Positions 38,430 through 52,423 of a stretch of DNA of 64,000 nucleotides are shown here, one piece after another. The stretch is from Octopus vulgaris (lineage: Eukaryota). The translations under genes were made by a program, and so were the position numbers. The DNA lies in assembly GCA_951406725.2 (NCBI GenBank), contig OX597821.1:44516001-44580000 (forward strand). The letters are read 5' to 3'. The notes beneath the pieces were generated by a model. It made no database searches. It had not been told where the DNA came from and saw only the letters and a list, made by a program, of their open reading frames with translations. Positions within the stretch are counted from its first letter, which is position 1. Each line of letters opens with the position of its first letter.

Positions 38430-39489
38430 CATTGACTGACTGAATCATTAATTCCTCAGTTAAACCTTCCATTCCTGAAATATCTGTGTTTATATTGTAG
38501 CAGGGTGACATCTCTCCATGATCTTTGACCCTAAATCTATCAAATACTTGGTAATTTAATTTCTATTTCTGTATATATATATGTATATATATATATATAT
38601 TTGGTTACTGCTATCTCTTGATGATTTGTAGATGCAAGTGGGGCACCAAACTAAATCACTTACAGTATAAACCAGTAATGGAGCCTCTACATGATTATTC
38701 AACCTTCTAGAAATAACAGTTACATTCTACTTTCTTGTAAAAAGAGAAGAAACATTGAATAATGAATTCCTAGATGCCCTTAGAAAGACAGAGCAGTCAT
38801 GGTTAGAACTACCAGGTGCTAAAGAGCAGCAACCTACATTATTTAGTTTCATTTCTTTGGATTCAAAGATCAAAGGTCTATCCAGAATCAACAAGTATCA
38901 GTCATATACTGAGGTCTTTGACTATATACTCTCCTATATAGAAATTATCCTTTTGTGTAAGAAAGAAATCAATTCTTGAATTCCTTTGATATTATTTTCT
39001 CTGAGCAAGTTTCCAAATGTTGGTACCATTTAATGATACTGTTATAGAATATTATGTAGAGATGAATCAGTTTGTTTAAATTCTTGTTTATTACTTTCTG
39101 TTGAGAGAAGGCACATCGTTTATGAGGTTGTGGATAAAAGTACTCTAATGAATATAGCTGATTGATTAATTGATTGGTTGATTAAACGATTAATCTAATA
39201 ATTGATTAGAAATTTGGTTAAATGGTTAATTAGTTGACAAATAATAAAAGAAATAAAATAAAACCTGTGAATGTGTTTACTATTGGCATGATGACCCTTC
39301 CAAGCTACAGCATTTACTGTAGGTTGTTTGTAGAAAATGAGAATGGGATTGTCTATAAAATATATTGCAATAGTCACTTCATTCACTAGAAGACTCATTA
39401 ATAGTTGTTAGCTTGTTACCAGGTTGATCTAATCGGCAGTGGGGGTGGGGTGAAGGCATAGCCAGAATAGGGACAAAACAGAAAATGTT

Positions 39490-39996
39490 TAAAGTTATTG
39501 CTTCTGTTAACTACAAAGGATTATTGACTCTCCAAATGAAGGACAAACTGTATGATGCTTGTGTATAAAGTGTGATGTTGCATAGTTATGAGAGGCATGC
39601 ATTGAATGTGGAGGATGAAAAGAGAGGAAGCAATTATGCTCCTCTAGTTATGTGATGTCGGTGTACAGGAACAAAAGCAAAAGTGTACTCAGAGAGAAAT
39701 TGGAGAACAGAGTTGTCTGTTTTGGTGGGCAAGAGAGAAGGCTGCATTTGTGTGGATATGTAACATGTATGAAGAATGATTGTTGGGTGAAAAAGTGTCA
39801 AGCAATGAAAGTAAAAGGAGCACGCAGAAGGGATGACCTCAGGGAGCAGCAGAGGAAGACTAAACTTAAACTGCTGAACCTTACAAAACAAATGACAAAG
39901 GACTGCACAAGTAGTGAGACATTGTGTTGAAACTAATCCATCTTATGCATTCCAGTTTAGTAAAGTGGATGTAAGTATGTTGACGATGATGATGAC
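39490..39996 (+). mobile_element. Old RTE LINE 3' fragment
   Basis: KDKLYDACV...ERRLHLCGYV..M.ND.WVKKC; decayed copy of the 48175-49808 family with a (GAT)n tail. Confidence 0.75.
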
Positions 39997-42029
39997 TGAA
40001 ATTGTTGCTGACTTAAATAAAGGTAGCTAAGAGAGAGAAAATAATAGGCTTATAATATTTGAATATTGTTATCTAACAGGAACATCAGATATCAACTTCT
40101 TTTGATGATAGGGCTGAAGAATTATACAAATCTAAATCATAGTTCATTAATGCTATATATCCTCTGCTGAAGAATTTAATGATATACAGTTTAAACAGAT
40201 CAGAATAGGAATTTAATAAATATAGACTTAAAGGATTAAGTAATCACATGCTAGATCTGTGCATATTGAAACATCAAACTAGGAACTTCTGATAAAGTTG
40301 ACAGTTGTTTGTATTAGTTATCTGAAGGGTGATTGAGAAAGTGATCAATATTAATATCTTGTTCAGTATTAAGATTCATTAAATTGTTTCTCTTAAACAT
40401 GTCTGTCAGCTTGCTTTCATAATTCCTTCAATCAACCAGTTACATGTAGAGATTAGAGAAATATTATTTCTTGGAAAATCCGAAAGTGTTAAGCCATGTC
40501 CTGAAATACAAAAAGTTTTTCAACTCATGCTTTTGGAAGAATTTTTTGTTGTAGATTCAGCCATTTTTCTATCGTCTGTTAATAGAATTGGTAGAATCTA
40601 ATTTATCTCCCTTAGAATGTTTGTTATTTTAAATAATGCTTTTCTTTCCTTTTTTTTTATTTTTCAAATAACAATGATCAGAAATTCTTCTTATGAACAA
40701 TTGATGCTAAGGTTTCAATGTTTTATCTCAAACACTGCATTTAACTTTATTTCAGTTCTTAGTGTTAGTATTCCTAAATTCTAGGTTAACCATTAACAGT
40801 TTTGCTCTAAACATTTTCACTCTAATTAACAATTGTCATTAAGGCTTCCTCCATTAAAAGTCTTATCAGTCAGCTTTCTTCAATTCACTTACAAGTCTGG
40901 GTCAGAGCTAAGATCTATAACTGCACTATTGCATTGTTCACTAACCATTTACATGTCTCATTAGTTGTATAAAATTACTAAGAATCACTAGTATATAATT
41001 ATGTTTTGTGTCTGAATGGACTAACAACTCCAGCAAACACTTGTTAAAGCTGCTATTCTCTTTTCATGATATTACCTTGACTATGAATAACTTGCATAGT
41101 AATTAATTTCCTAACACAGTACTCAACATCAGTTTGTTCCATATTTAGTAATAGCTACTTTGTTTGACTTAAAAAGAAGCCTTGAATGCATGACATTTAG
41201 TGATATCCAGCATAGAGAGGTCTCTGATAATTAAGTGATATTTGATGTACAGAAGTCTTTGAGAATTTAGTTGCTATAACTCTGAAAGAAACAAATTAGT
41301 TACATTTTTTTTTTTCTGTTCATTGTTTCAAAGTTCTCAATGGATCTTTCCAAACCATGAGTTTACATCTCTTTCAAGATTGTATTTTTGAGGTTAAAAT
41401 GAAGACCCTGGCACTATTGTCATTGGTTTTGTAGTAGATTTTATATTTGGGGATCCAAGTAACTTGAACATACATCCAAAAATGGGCAGTTTCTTAGGCT
41501 GACATCAACCGATATGCTTATGTCATCAATAAACTGGTGCCACAACCATTCATTCACCCAGGTGAACTGGTGTCTGTAGACATACCTACATTATCCCCTT
41601 TTGGACCAATCAGCAAGTGTACCTCTTTGTGCTTACATCGTCACCATTTTGATCAATTAATAACCAATATTATGGCCACTACTATGTTAACAGGTAACTA
41701 CTATTTTAAGGAAGGACACATAGTATTTATTAAATCTGGATATGTTATGTGGGGAAAAAAAAAAGAAATAAACAGGATGTTTATGGCTGAAACACCTATT
41801 ATCATAGTCTGTTCAGTTGGGGCTCATCTTGACCTAAATAACAATTTTTCCCTCACATACTGTATCAAAGTTTTTATCTCTTTTTCAAGTGGATGTAACA
41901 GATGAACTCAAAACTATGAAAGAGTCAGTTTTATATTGTTAAGTGCCTATTCTTGCTACTTCTTCAGTTAACATGCATTAGCCATAATAATGATGATGAT
42001 GATAATAATAATAATAATTATTATAAGTC

Positions 42030-42236
42030 TACTATAGGTACAAGGCTTGAAATTTTGTGGAGGAGACTAGCTGATTACATTGATCCTAGTGCTCAACTGG
42101 TACTTATTTCATTGACTCTTGAAAGGATAAAAGGCAGTCGAACTTGGCAGAATTTGAACTCAGAATATACAGATGGACAAAATGCTGTCAAAGCATTTTG
42201 TCTGGTATGCTAACAATTCTACCTGCTTGTCACCTT
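42030..42236 (-). mobile_element. Old SINE (second family), CpG-decayed
   Basis: Reverse complement of 18355-18570. Another copy lies at ~42975-43170. Confidence 0.75.
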
Positions 42237-42429
42237 AATAATAATAATATTTTAAAAGTATTGATGTAACTCTTCACAAAGGTAAATAGACAAAACAAAG
42301 AGCGCAATGTGATTGCAATAGATATTTTATTGGTTTGAACGATATTCCAACAGCTAGTTTGTCTTTGTCGAGATCAAAATGAAAAGTGATACATAGATAT
42401 TCAAAATTATAGAAATTCAAATCCAAAAT

Positions 42430-42790
42430 TTGAACAAGAATAACCAGTGTTCCCATGTTGATGGAATGACCTCGTCAGTCTTAAAATATCAAATGTTATG
42501 TGACAAACTTATTGACGCCAGGTTGAAAATCATAGTGGAATATTTTCCTGAAATTCCAATACAACCAGCCATTCTTTCTCACACGGAATTTCTAACATGC
42601 AGTCCACACTGCACACTGTTCATTCATCACACCAGGGACAATCATTTTGTTTTGTCAACTAATTTTTTTCAAGATGTTTATGACAGTTTGAACTTACCAG
42701 TACCACAGATAACAATGCTGTACTCACCACAAACAAACAAACATAATTCTTACAGTTCTAATCCCCAAGTTGGTGCATAGTTGACTATGT
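42430..42790 (+). pseudogene. Ulp1/SENP-like cysteine protease remnant, probably transposon-borne
   Basis: DKLID...Q...FIHH.RDNHFVLS....VYDSL....PQVG gives the catalytic His, the Asp (YDS) and the oxyanion Gln. The Cys region is lost to a stop. Confidence 0.55.
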
Positions 42791-42802
42791 AAAGCTGAAA
42801 TT

Positions 42803-42930
42803 TTACACTTTCAAGGTAATCCTTAAAGCATGTTGGAGCATAATCAAAAATAATATTGTGAAAAGTACAGGAACTAAAACACAGCCCTGTTTAGTTCCAG
42901 GGGAAACAGAAAATGCCTCTTTTTTTTTAT
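42803..42930 (-). pseudogene. RTE/BovB-like RT fragment
   Basis: EAFSVSPGTKQGCVLVPVLF. Confidence 0.7.
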
Positions 42931-45194
42931 ATCCACTGGAATAATAATAATTTATAATAATCCTTTCTTTAATGGCCACATGGGCCAAAATTTGAGGGGA
43001 CTAATCGATAATGTCAACCCCAGTGTTTCACTGGTACATAATTTATCAACCCCGAAAGGATGAAAGATAAAATGAACCTCAGCAGAATTTGAACTCAGAA
43101 AATAAGGACAGACGAAATGTTGCTAAGCATTTTGCCTGGTGTACTAACAATTCTACCAGCTCACCACCTTAATAATAATAATGGTAGTGGTGGTTACACT
43201 ACATTTCCTCTTAATCGTATAATCAGCAAAATATGTGGTAAAAAACAGAGCACAATGTTTTCAAAGTTAATAATACCTGGGATCAGTGCTCCTTATAGAA
43301 ATACTGTGTTTTTGGGGATTATGCCCTCAATTTATCCTTAAATCCTCAATAACACTAAGAAGATTTGTTCATGACACTTAATCATAGTCTCATTACTTGA
43401 GGAAGCCTGGAAGACAACAGTTTTCTTCAAGCAATGTGCCCCAGTTTTTAGAATAGGTATATTGTGTCTTTATGTGGTTAGAGGTAACCAAAAGGATGGT
43501 GACAGGAAGGGGATCTAGTCATAAAACACTCCCTTGAAAACCCTAACCAACCCATGCCAACCCATGCCAGCACAGAAAAATGACATAAAAGGTCATTAAT
43601 GTTGATTATGATGACTATTACTTGATTGGTCCTCTTTTTTAGCTACTCATTACCTTGGTTAGAATCATAACCCTCTCTTCTACTCACCATCAGTTACAGG
43701 GCCACCTTTAGTTCCTTACTCTTATAAGTTGCAAAACAGCTTTACTAGTACTGATGTCATGAGAAAATTACGGCCAGTACACTCTGTAAAGTGGTTGGTA
43801 TTAGGGATGGCATCCAGCTGTAAAAATCATACCAAAACAGACATTGGAGTACAACATAGTCCCAGCAATCATTAGATCATTTTGAACTAACTACTGCAAG
43901 CATAGAAAACATGATGATGATGATATTTGAGTCTGTCATGCATCATAGCTTTTTAGCATTTTGTCTTTGAGGCCCACCATCCTCTGATCAGATTTTATTT
44001 CTTCCCATGTCCTCAATGATTCGCTACAGCTACATTCTAGTCAGCCACTATGTCTTCTCCATCCACAACACACTATGTCTTCTCCATACCAAAACATCCA
44101 TCTTGCCTGCATATATTGGTTGATGTCTTTAATGTCTTACTGCTTTCTCAGCAGTAAGACATTATCGTGTTGTGGCTTGCATGCAACGTATGTATGTACA
44201 TTGTACAGCCATCATAAAAATAGAAAGATAAACAGCAGGTTATACATAAACAGAAACAAATGAAATAATGCTTTGTCATTTATTTAAGTATTTCAGTTAT
44301 TTACTGTGTGTTTATTATTGTCTGGTTTCATATCAGTGCTGATCAAGTAACAAACCTATTTTCTATTGAGGTAAATGGGGACAGGTAGGCCAAATCATGT
44401 CAAGAATGTTATTCATACTGAGGAGATAATTATATTAAATCACATACGTGTGTATGTGTATATGTATATGTGTGTACATGAATATATGTACATGTGTGTA
44501 CATGAATATATGTACATGTGTATGCATGTATATATGTGTATGTATATACATATGCAATCTGCAATGCATGAATATGCAACTGCAACTGTGTATACATGCA
44601 TGTGTATGCACATGTGTGTTGCAATTACATAACTGTCACAGCATTGAGTTTTGATCAAATTACTCCTGGTTTTCTAACTTTTCATACTTTTTTTTTATTG
44701 GGTTGCAATGGCAACATTTTCCTATAAGTGTGTGTGTATATGCCACTATTCTCACCTTGGTTTATCTCTTAACTTTTTCTCTTCTATTCACTCTCTTAGT
44801 CACACCTATTTGAACAAATGGAAATCTCATAAACAAATGAGTATTAATTTGTCTTGCAAGGGACATGGCATCCTCACTCATGTTGGTGCTACAGTAATAT
44901 CTACCCAGTACATTGTAAAATGGTTGATATAAATAACTTCCCACTATGGGAACATACAAGTGAGGTGTGTCCTGCAATATCTAAGAGGACAGTAATTCCA
45001 AATATTAGAACTCACATCTTGACAACCCATCAAACTTATGGGTTGGAAAGCAAAAGTACAATGATGATGATAGCCTTAGCTAGGCTTTCATTTAACTTTG
45101 TAATATTATTCAGTATTTTTTTTCTGAAGCTGATTATTTAACAATATGTACCAATGGAAAATACTGTTATAAAGATGTGAATGTGTGTGTGGTG

Positions 45195-45790
45195 TAAGGG
45201 GCTCACCAGAGCTCAGTTCTTAGTCCTTCTTATTCATCATAGTCCTCTTGCCATAACAAAGGAATTTAAAACTTACTGCTTGTAGGAGCTATAATATACT
45301 GATGACTTCACTCTTATAGCAGAATCTATAACAGAACTGAAGAAGAAATTCCAGGTATAGAAGCAAAATCTGGAATCAGAGGGCCTTAAAAATTAATCTA
45401 GCGAAAGCCAAAGTTGTTGTTAGCAAGAAAGTCAATAAGACTCTCTTTAATCTGGTAAATGGCTCTGTTCAGTATGTAGAAAAGGTGTTGGAAGTAATTC
45501 CATTCCTTTGTACCCTGTGGACACTTAAGATGTGCAGTGGAATCACAGTTAGGTTAACAGAGGAAGCCATCTTCACATGTGCCAGATTTGCAGGAACAAT
45601 AAACACTAAGGGCACTGAGGACTCAATCTAATGCCCAGGAGGCTCTCTTGAGGTTATAGATACTCTCTGTTACCCAGGTGATCAAATTAGCAGTGGGGGA
45701 GGATGTTCTGAAAGTATTGTTGCTAGAATAAGAATAGGATGGAGGAAATTCAGAGAGCTATTACCTCTGTTGGCAACAAAAGGCTTTTCT
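45195..45790 (+). mobile_element. Decayed RTE LINE internal fragment
   Basis: Homologous to 49070-49680 (HQ.SVLSP, GKW.CSVCRKGVG.NSI, SSGGGCSESI.ARIRI.W.KFRELLPLLATK). Confidence 0.8.
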
Positions 45791-47897
45791 ATCAGAAAGT
45801 TACTGCTATTGCAGTAACTGGTCCTGAAGCGTGATGGCATTGCTGGGATCTTTGGCACTATGCATTGTCGTCCTGTTGTGGCATTGGTGTAGCTTTCAAT
45901 GCCAAAATTTGGCACAATTCCTTCCAGGATCTTCCAGATATATATTACTGCATACCCCTCTCATCTTCTCTTCAGGGAGTAGAGTCTTAGCTGTTGCAAG
46001 GAGACGATCTTCTTTGTGAATCTTCTCTGGATTGCTTCAAGGTCCGCTGTTGATTTCACACTGGTGGGTGACCATAGCTGTGAGCAGTAATCCAGATGGC
46101 TGAGGACGAATGTCTGCCAGAGGACCATCATGGTTTCCTTATCTCTGGTTCTGAATGTTCTTAGGATCCATCCAGCCAGTTGTCTGCACTTTGTTGCCAT
46201 CCTGGTAATGTGCACTTGGAAAGAGGTATCATAACTCATGTCAATACCCAGGTCCCTCACTGACTTAGGCTCTGGGATTGAAATTCCCTGTGGACCGGTG
46301 TACCCTGTAAGTTTCATATTCAGTTTTGGATTCTGGTAGTGCAGGGCTTGGAATTTTTCAGCATTAAACTGCATATTATTATCCTCAGCCCATCTGTAAA
46401 TTGAGTCCAACTCCTGCTGCAGGTGTGCAACATCGCTGGGGTTCTGTATTTTCTGCGAGACCTTCATATCATCTGCATAGCTTGCAAGGGTGGCTATCCA
46501 GGCATTTGAGTTCATATCTGAGAGGGCCACTATAAAAAGCAGCGCTCCCAAGACAGTGCCCTGTGGAACACCACTCACTAAATGTGTTTTCATTGAGGTA
46601 GCTCCATTGGCCACCACTGCCTGACTTCTATCTTTCAGGAAGTCATGTAACCACTCTCCAAGTTTTCCAGCTATGCCAAGGTCACGCAGTTTGTGGCATA
46701 TCATACCATGATCCACCTTGTCAAAAGCTTTTGCAAAATCAAGGTATATTACGTCCACATTTGATTTGTTGAGTAACTGCCTCAACACCCAGTCATAATG
46801 TTGTAAGAGGTAGGTCAGGCAGCTCCTACCAGGTCGAAAACCATGCTGGGTATCACTCAGAAAGTTATTTTCTTCAAGGAATGCAATTAGTTTCTCTCTG
46901 ACTATCCATTCCATGACTTTGCTGATGTGTGAAGTCAGAGAGATAGGCCTATAGTTTTTGGCATCTGCTCTACTTCCCCCTTTATGTATTGGGCATATTA
47001 TTCCTTCCTTCAGCTTGCTTGGCAGTTTGCCATTTGTAAGAAAGCTCTGAAAGAGAATCTGGAGGGGTTTTACCAGGGCATGCTTACACGATTTGAGGAG
47101 GATTGCTGGGAAACCATCAGGACCAGCAGTTGAGTTTGTGTCCACTTCATCTATGGCTAATAGTATATCTTCTTTGCTAATGTCAATGTATTCCATTGTA
47201 ACTGCCTTGATAGGTGAGGTGGCAATGAAGTCCACTGGTTCGTTCACTTGTCTGTGTTCCAACGGGGTGATAAAGACACTTTTGAACTGGTCATTCAGTA
47301 TCTCACTGATCTTATTTGGACTGTCTGTGAGGGAGCCATCCTTTTGGAGGAGGGGTCCTATCTTGCAATGACTGAGGTTGTTTCTTTTGTGTAATGAAAG
47401 AAGGACTTTGGGTTTGACTTAATGTTTTTTATAACTCAGGCTTCTTTGTCTGCTTTCTCCCTCACATAGGATTGTTGCAGCCTTTTTTCGATCTCTATCA
47501 GTGTTGTTTTTAGGCAGGACGTTTCGCTGCTTTTGGGATGTTGGTTGAGTCAATTTGCAACCTTCGTCCGTCGTCTCATGAGGATCTTTCTATCTCTTGG
47601 AATCTTGCTCCTATTTGTTTTGGCCTTGTGCTCCAAGACATATTTTTGGCATATGGCTTGCACAGAAGACATGAAACATTCTAGTTTCATGTCAATGTCT
47701 GGTGTGGAGAGAAATTTCAGCCAGTCCTCTCTGAGGATCTCTTTTTGGATTGATTTCCAATCTGCTTTGTAGAAGTTCAGATTGGAGAGATTTTGGGTGC
47801 TTCCTTTAGGCTGTATGTCTCTGGTTACTTTCGGCCCAAGCATAGACAGCTCTATTATGTTGGGATCCGAGACTAATGTTGGTGTCACTTTCACATC
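45791..47897 (-). mobile_element. APE-RT LINE fragment (CR1-like/Proto2-like), truncated at both ends
   Basis: ORF 45961-47262: AGPDG, NYRPISLTS, QHGFR, DVIYLDFAKAFDKVDH, SGVPQGTVLG, YADD, WILRTF. Upstream frames are broken. Confidence 0.9.
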
Positions 47898-48016
47898 ATG
47901 AATATATATTATATATATATATATATGTATATGTTATATATATATATATATATATATATTACATGTATTTATGATATATATATACATTACATGTATATAT
48001 TTATATATATAATATA

Positions 48017-48058
<42 letters not shown>

Positions 48059-48172
48059 TACAGTATATATAACATGTATATTATATATATATATATTTAT
48101 GCAATATATATATATATAACATGTATATTATATAATATATATATTTATACAATATATATGTAGCATATATAT

Positions 48173-49808
48173 TATCATCATCATCGTTTAACCTCCACTT
48201 TCCATGCTAGCATGGGTTGGACGGTTTGACCGGGGTCTGGGAAGCCAGGGGCTGCACCAGGCTCCAGTCTGATCTGGCAGTGTTTCTACAGCTGGATGCC
48301 CTTCCTAATGCCAACCACTCCGCAAGTGTAGTGGGTGCTTTTTACGTGCCACCTGCACAAGTGCCAGGGGAGTCTGGCATCGTCCACGATCGGTTGGTGC
48401 TTTTAACGTGCCACCGGCACAGAAGCCAGCTGGCATTGGCCACATTCGGATGGTACTTTTTATGTTCCACCGGCACAGGTATCACAACTACTATTTCCGT
48501 TGATATTTATTTCGATGTTCATGTACTTGACTCAACGGGTCTCCTCAAGCACAGCGGGATGTTCTGGAATCCAAGGTACTTTGAATGGGCAGGGGCTATG
48601 CGGAACTGGTGCAGGAAGCAGCCCGGGTCTTTACAGTCACAGCATATCTCCAGAGATCTCGGTCCTTTGCCATTGCCTCAGTGAGGCCCAACGCTCTGAG
48701 GTCATGCTTGACTACCTCATCCCATGTCTTCCTGGGTCTACCTCTCCCTCTGATACCTTCAACTGTTTGGGAGTGGCACTTCTTCACACATCTCTCCTCA
48801 TCCATCCACAGTACATGACCATACCATCGCAAGTGTCGCTCTTGCACACCACATCTGATGCTTCTTATGTCCAGCATTTCTCTCAGGGTGCTTACCCTCT
48901 GTTGTGCACGCACACTGACATTACACATCCAGCGGATCATGCTAGCTTCATTCCTTTCAAGTCTACGCATGTCCTCTGCAGTCACAGCCCATGTTTCACT
49001 ACCATGAAGCATGGCAGTTCACACACATGCGTCATACAATCTACCTTTCACTTTGAGCGAGAGACCCTTTGTCGCCAGTAGGGGTAGGGGCTTTCTGAAC
49101 TTTGCCCAGGCTATTCGTATTCTAGTGGTGACACTCTCTGAGCATCCACCTCCACTACTAAGATGGTCACCCAGGTAGCGGAAACTATCAACTACTTCTA
49201 GTTTCTCCCCCTGGAGTGTGATGGAATCTGTTTTCTGAGTATCTGTGGTGTCTATTGTCCCTGTGCATCTGCCGCACATGAAAGCTATCTTATCAGTTAA
49301 TTTCCCTTTGATGTTGCTGCACCTCTTATGTGTCCATAGCTTACACTGGGTGCATCTTATGGAGTTTCTATCTACACCTTTCCTACAGATCGAGCAGGGC
49401 CACCTGCCCAAGGGGGTGTGTGCTGAGTTCGCCTTTCTGCTTACCATAACTTTGGTCTTTGCTACATTTACTCTAAGGCCCTTTGATTCTAACCCTTGCT
49501 TCCACACCCGAAATTTCTTTTCTTGTTCCGGTAGTGATTCTGCTATTAGAGCCAGGTCATCAGCATAGAGGGGCTCGCAGGAGCAACCTGTTTTGAATTC
49601 CTCTGTTATTGCCTGGAAGACTATGATGAATAAAAGGGGACTGAGGGCTGAGCCTTGGTGTACACCTACTTCTACCCGGAATTCTTCACTATATTCGTTG
49701 CCAATCCTAACCTTGCTGACAGCTTCTCTGTATAGGGCCTGTACAGCCCTTATTAGCCATTCATCAATCTCCAATTTCCGCATCGACCACCAGATAAGGG
49801 ATCGGGGA
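48173..49808 (-). mobile_element. RTE-clade LINE, 5'-truncated, with 3' UTR and (GAT)n tail
   Basis: GVHQGSALSP, LYADD, LHGSETW, LRWYGHV, GRGRPRKTW. A Cys/His cluster follows the RT. Confidence 0.92.
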
Positions 49809-49874
49809 TGGTCGATGCGGAAACTATATATATATATATATATACTTTATTTAAAGCAGCAGAAAATTCAACAA

Positions 49875-49918
49875 AACCTCTTACTCTGAGTTTCCCGTTG
49901 CCGTTCATCGGACAGTTT
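49875..49918 (-). ncRNA. Hammerhead-like motif in a short repeat between (TA)n tracts
   Basis: Minus strand: AACTGT-CCGATGA-A-CG-GCAA-CG-G-GAAAC-TCAGA-GTA-AGAGGTT. U4C change in the core and imperfect stem I. Confidence 0.45.
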
Positions 49919-49939
49919 ATGCATTTATGTGTTTACTCC

Positions 49940-49984
<45 letters not shown>

Positions 49985-50034
49985 CATATATATATATATA
50001 TATATATAATATTACATATATAATACTATTACAT

Positions 50035-51132
50035 ATGTGGAAAATCACTGTGTGTTTGTGGCATTGTTAGCTAACTGCTCCTTCATCGTTTAATTGATTT
50101 TAATGAAACTTGACACATGAGTAGAACTGATGTATGGAAATCTTGTGACATATTTAGATTGTCAAAACAATCGATTATACAGCCCCTGGAAGGGACCTTT
50201 ATATCTACCTCATATAACTAATTCTTTTAAAAAACTCATGAGGGAAATAACCCATAGCACCTATACAATATTTTTTTAAACACTCAAGGAAAATAACCCA
50301 TTTCATTGTTTATGTTCTATTACTTTGAATATTGATTTTTTTCTGTGTCCTATTTCTAATTTTTGCAGACAATATCACTTGTATACTTTGTTTGACACTT
50401 GAGTAGAACTTATGTCTGGAAATCTCATGACATACTTAGATGGTTGAAAAAAAATCGATAATAGGGCCCTTCCAATGGATCCTTCTATCTACTACATATT
50501 ACTAATATTTTATTTAAACAACCCCAGGGAAATAATCCATACCACCTGCAGATTTTAGCAAAGCAATCAATATTTGATTCTCATGATCAGCTGACCTAAT
50601 TCTGCATTTCACTACTTACAGTTTTGAACTGCTAAACATTATTATTGCACTTCCTTAATTTTAATCTTAAACATTAAAGACTTCATTGAATGCCTATTAC
50701 TTCGATAATTTTGCCCATGACTCTGACAATTCTGCAATTTTACATTTACACTTTTTCTATGACTGTAGATAAATTTATTTTTCCACAATGTAATTGTAGT
50801 GGCTTCATATAGGCATATCTTGGATTCGATCCTCGATTGCCAAATTTCATTTAACACTTCAACAGTGCTTCTCACGGTAAAACAATAGATTTTTTGTGAA
50901 TGACAGCAGTTTTACATATCGCAGATGCCTTTGCTAAGCAGAATAATATCCTTGCCTCTCGCCAGCCTCCAACAATCTCTTCCTCCTCCAGCTATCAGTT
51001 TTTTGTACATTTTCGTGATGGAAAATACACCTTTTGTGGCAGTTATAACGGAATTGCTTTCTTGTATCAGAAGAATAAGGCATTTCAATAGAACATCTTT
51101 ACCTGCGGGTATTACCTACTACATCACCTAGT
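50035..51132 (+). mobile_element. Unclassified repeat, possibly Helitron-like
   Basis: Internal ~150-bp duplication (50110-50260 vs 50393-50548), ends CTAG|T, and 50800-50990 is homologous to 11560-11750 in reverse. Confidence 0.35.
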
Positions 51133-51236
51133 ATATATATATATATATATATATATATGGGTATAGTAGGAATATACGCATGTATTATGTGTGTGTGTGT
51201 GTGTATGTATGTAAAAAAATATATATATGTATGTGC

Positions 51237-51269
<33 letters not shown>

Positions 51270-51542
51270 TATATGTGTGTATGCATATGTATGTGTATAT
51301 GTATGTGTGTATGTATGTGTATGTATGTATAAAATATTATATAATTAGGGCTTAGTAAAATAAATTACTTTGCCACATACTGAACTTTCTAGAAATAGCA
51401 GCCAAAAAAGTTTTTTAGCCTCTTCCACTACTTAAAGAATATTTTCTCTCAGACATTGTTTACTCAAAAAAATAATGGTCCTTTTACATACTGAATACTT
51501 GGTGAAATTGATTAATAACTAATTAATTTTACCCTCAATTGT

Positions 51543-51544
<2 letters not shown>

Positions 51545-51624
<80 letters not shown>

Positions 51625-51645
51625 ATGTGTGTGTGTGTGTGTATA

Positions 51646-51688
<43 letters not shown>

Positions 51689-51707
51689 GTGTGTGTGTTT
51701 GTATATA

Positions 51708-51748
<41 letters not shown>

Positions 51749-51749
51749 A

Positions 51750-51780
<31 letters not shown>

Positions 51781-51843
51781 GTGTGTGTGTATATGTATTT
51801 ATATATATATGTGTATATATATATGTATATGTATGTGTGTGTG

Positions 51844-51877
<34 letters not shown>

Positions 51878-51989
51878 AGTGTACGCGAGTATGTCGATGT
51901 ATATGTAGGTATGTAGAGTTATGTGTATGTGCATGTATATGTGTGTGTAGATACAGATTGTAGATGGGTATATATGTGTGTATATATAC

Positions 51990-52037
<48 letters not shown>

Positions 52038-52383
52038 GTATATGTGGGTATGTAGAGTTATACGTATGTGCATGTGTATGTGTATGTATATGTATATATA
52101 TATATGTATGTGTATGTGTATGTATGTATATATATGTGTGTGTGTGTATGTGTGTATATGTATGTATATATGTGTATATGTGTAGGTGTGGGTATATATA
52201 TATATATGTATATATATATGTGTGTGTATATGTATGTGTATATATATATATATGTATGTATACATACATGTATGTATGTATGTATATATGTATGTATATA
52301 TGTGTGTAAGTGTGTATATATATGTATATGTAAGTGTGTGTGCGTGTATGAGTATGTATGTATGTTTGCACACATGTATATGT

Positions 52384-52423
<40 letters not shown>

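Noticed and set aside
41537-41905. piggyBac transposase remnant (HPGELVSVD...GHIVF)
   Set aside because: Motif similarity too weak to support, and no TIR or TTAA ends found.
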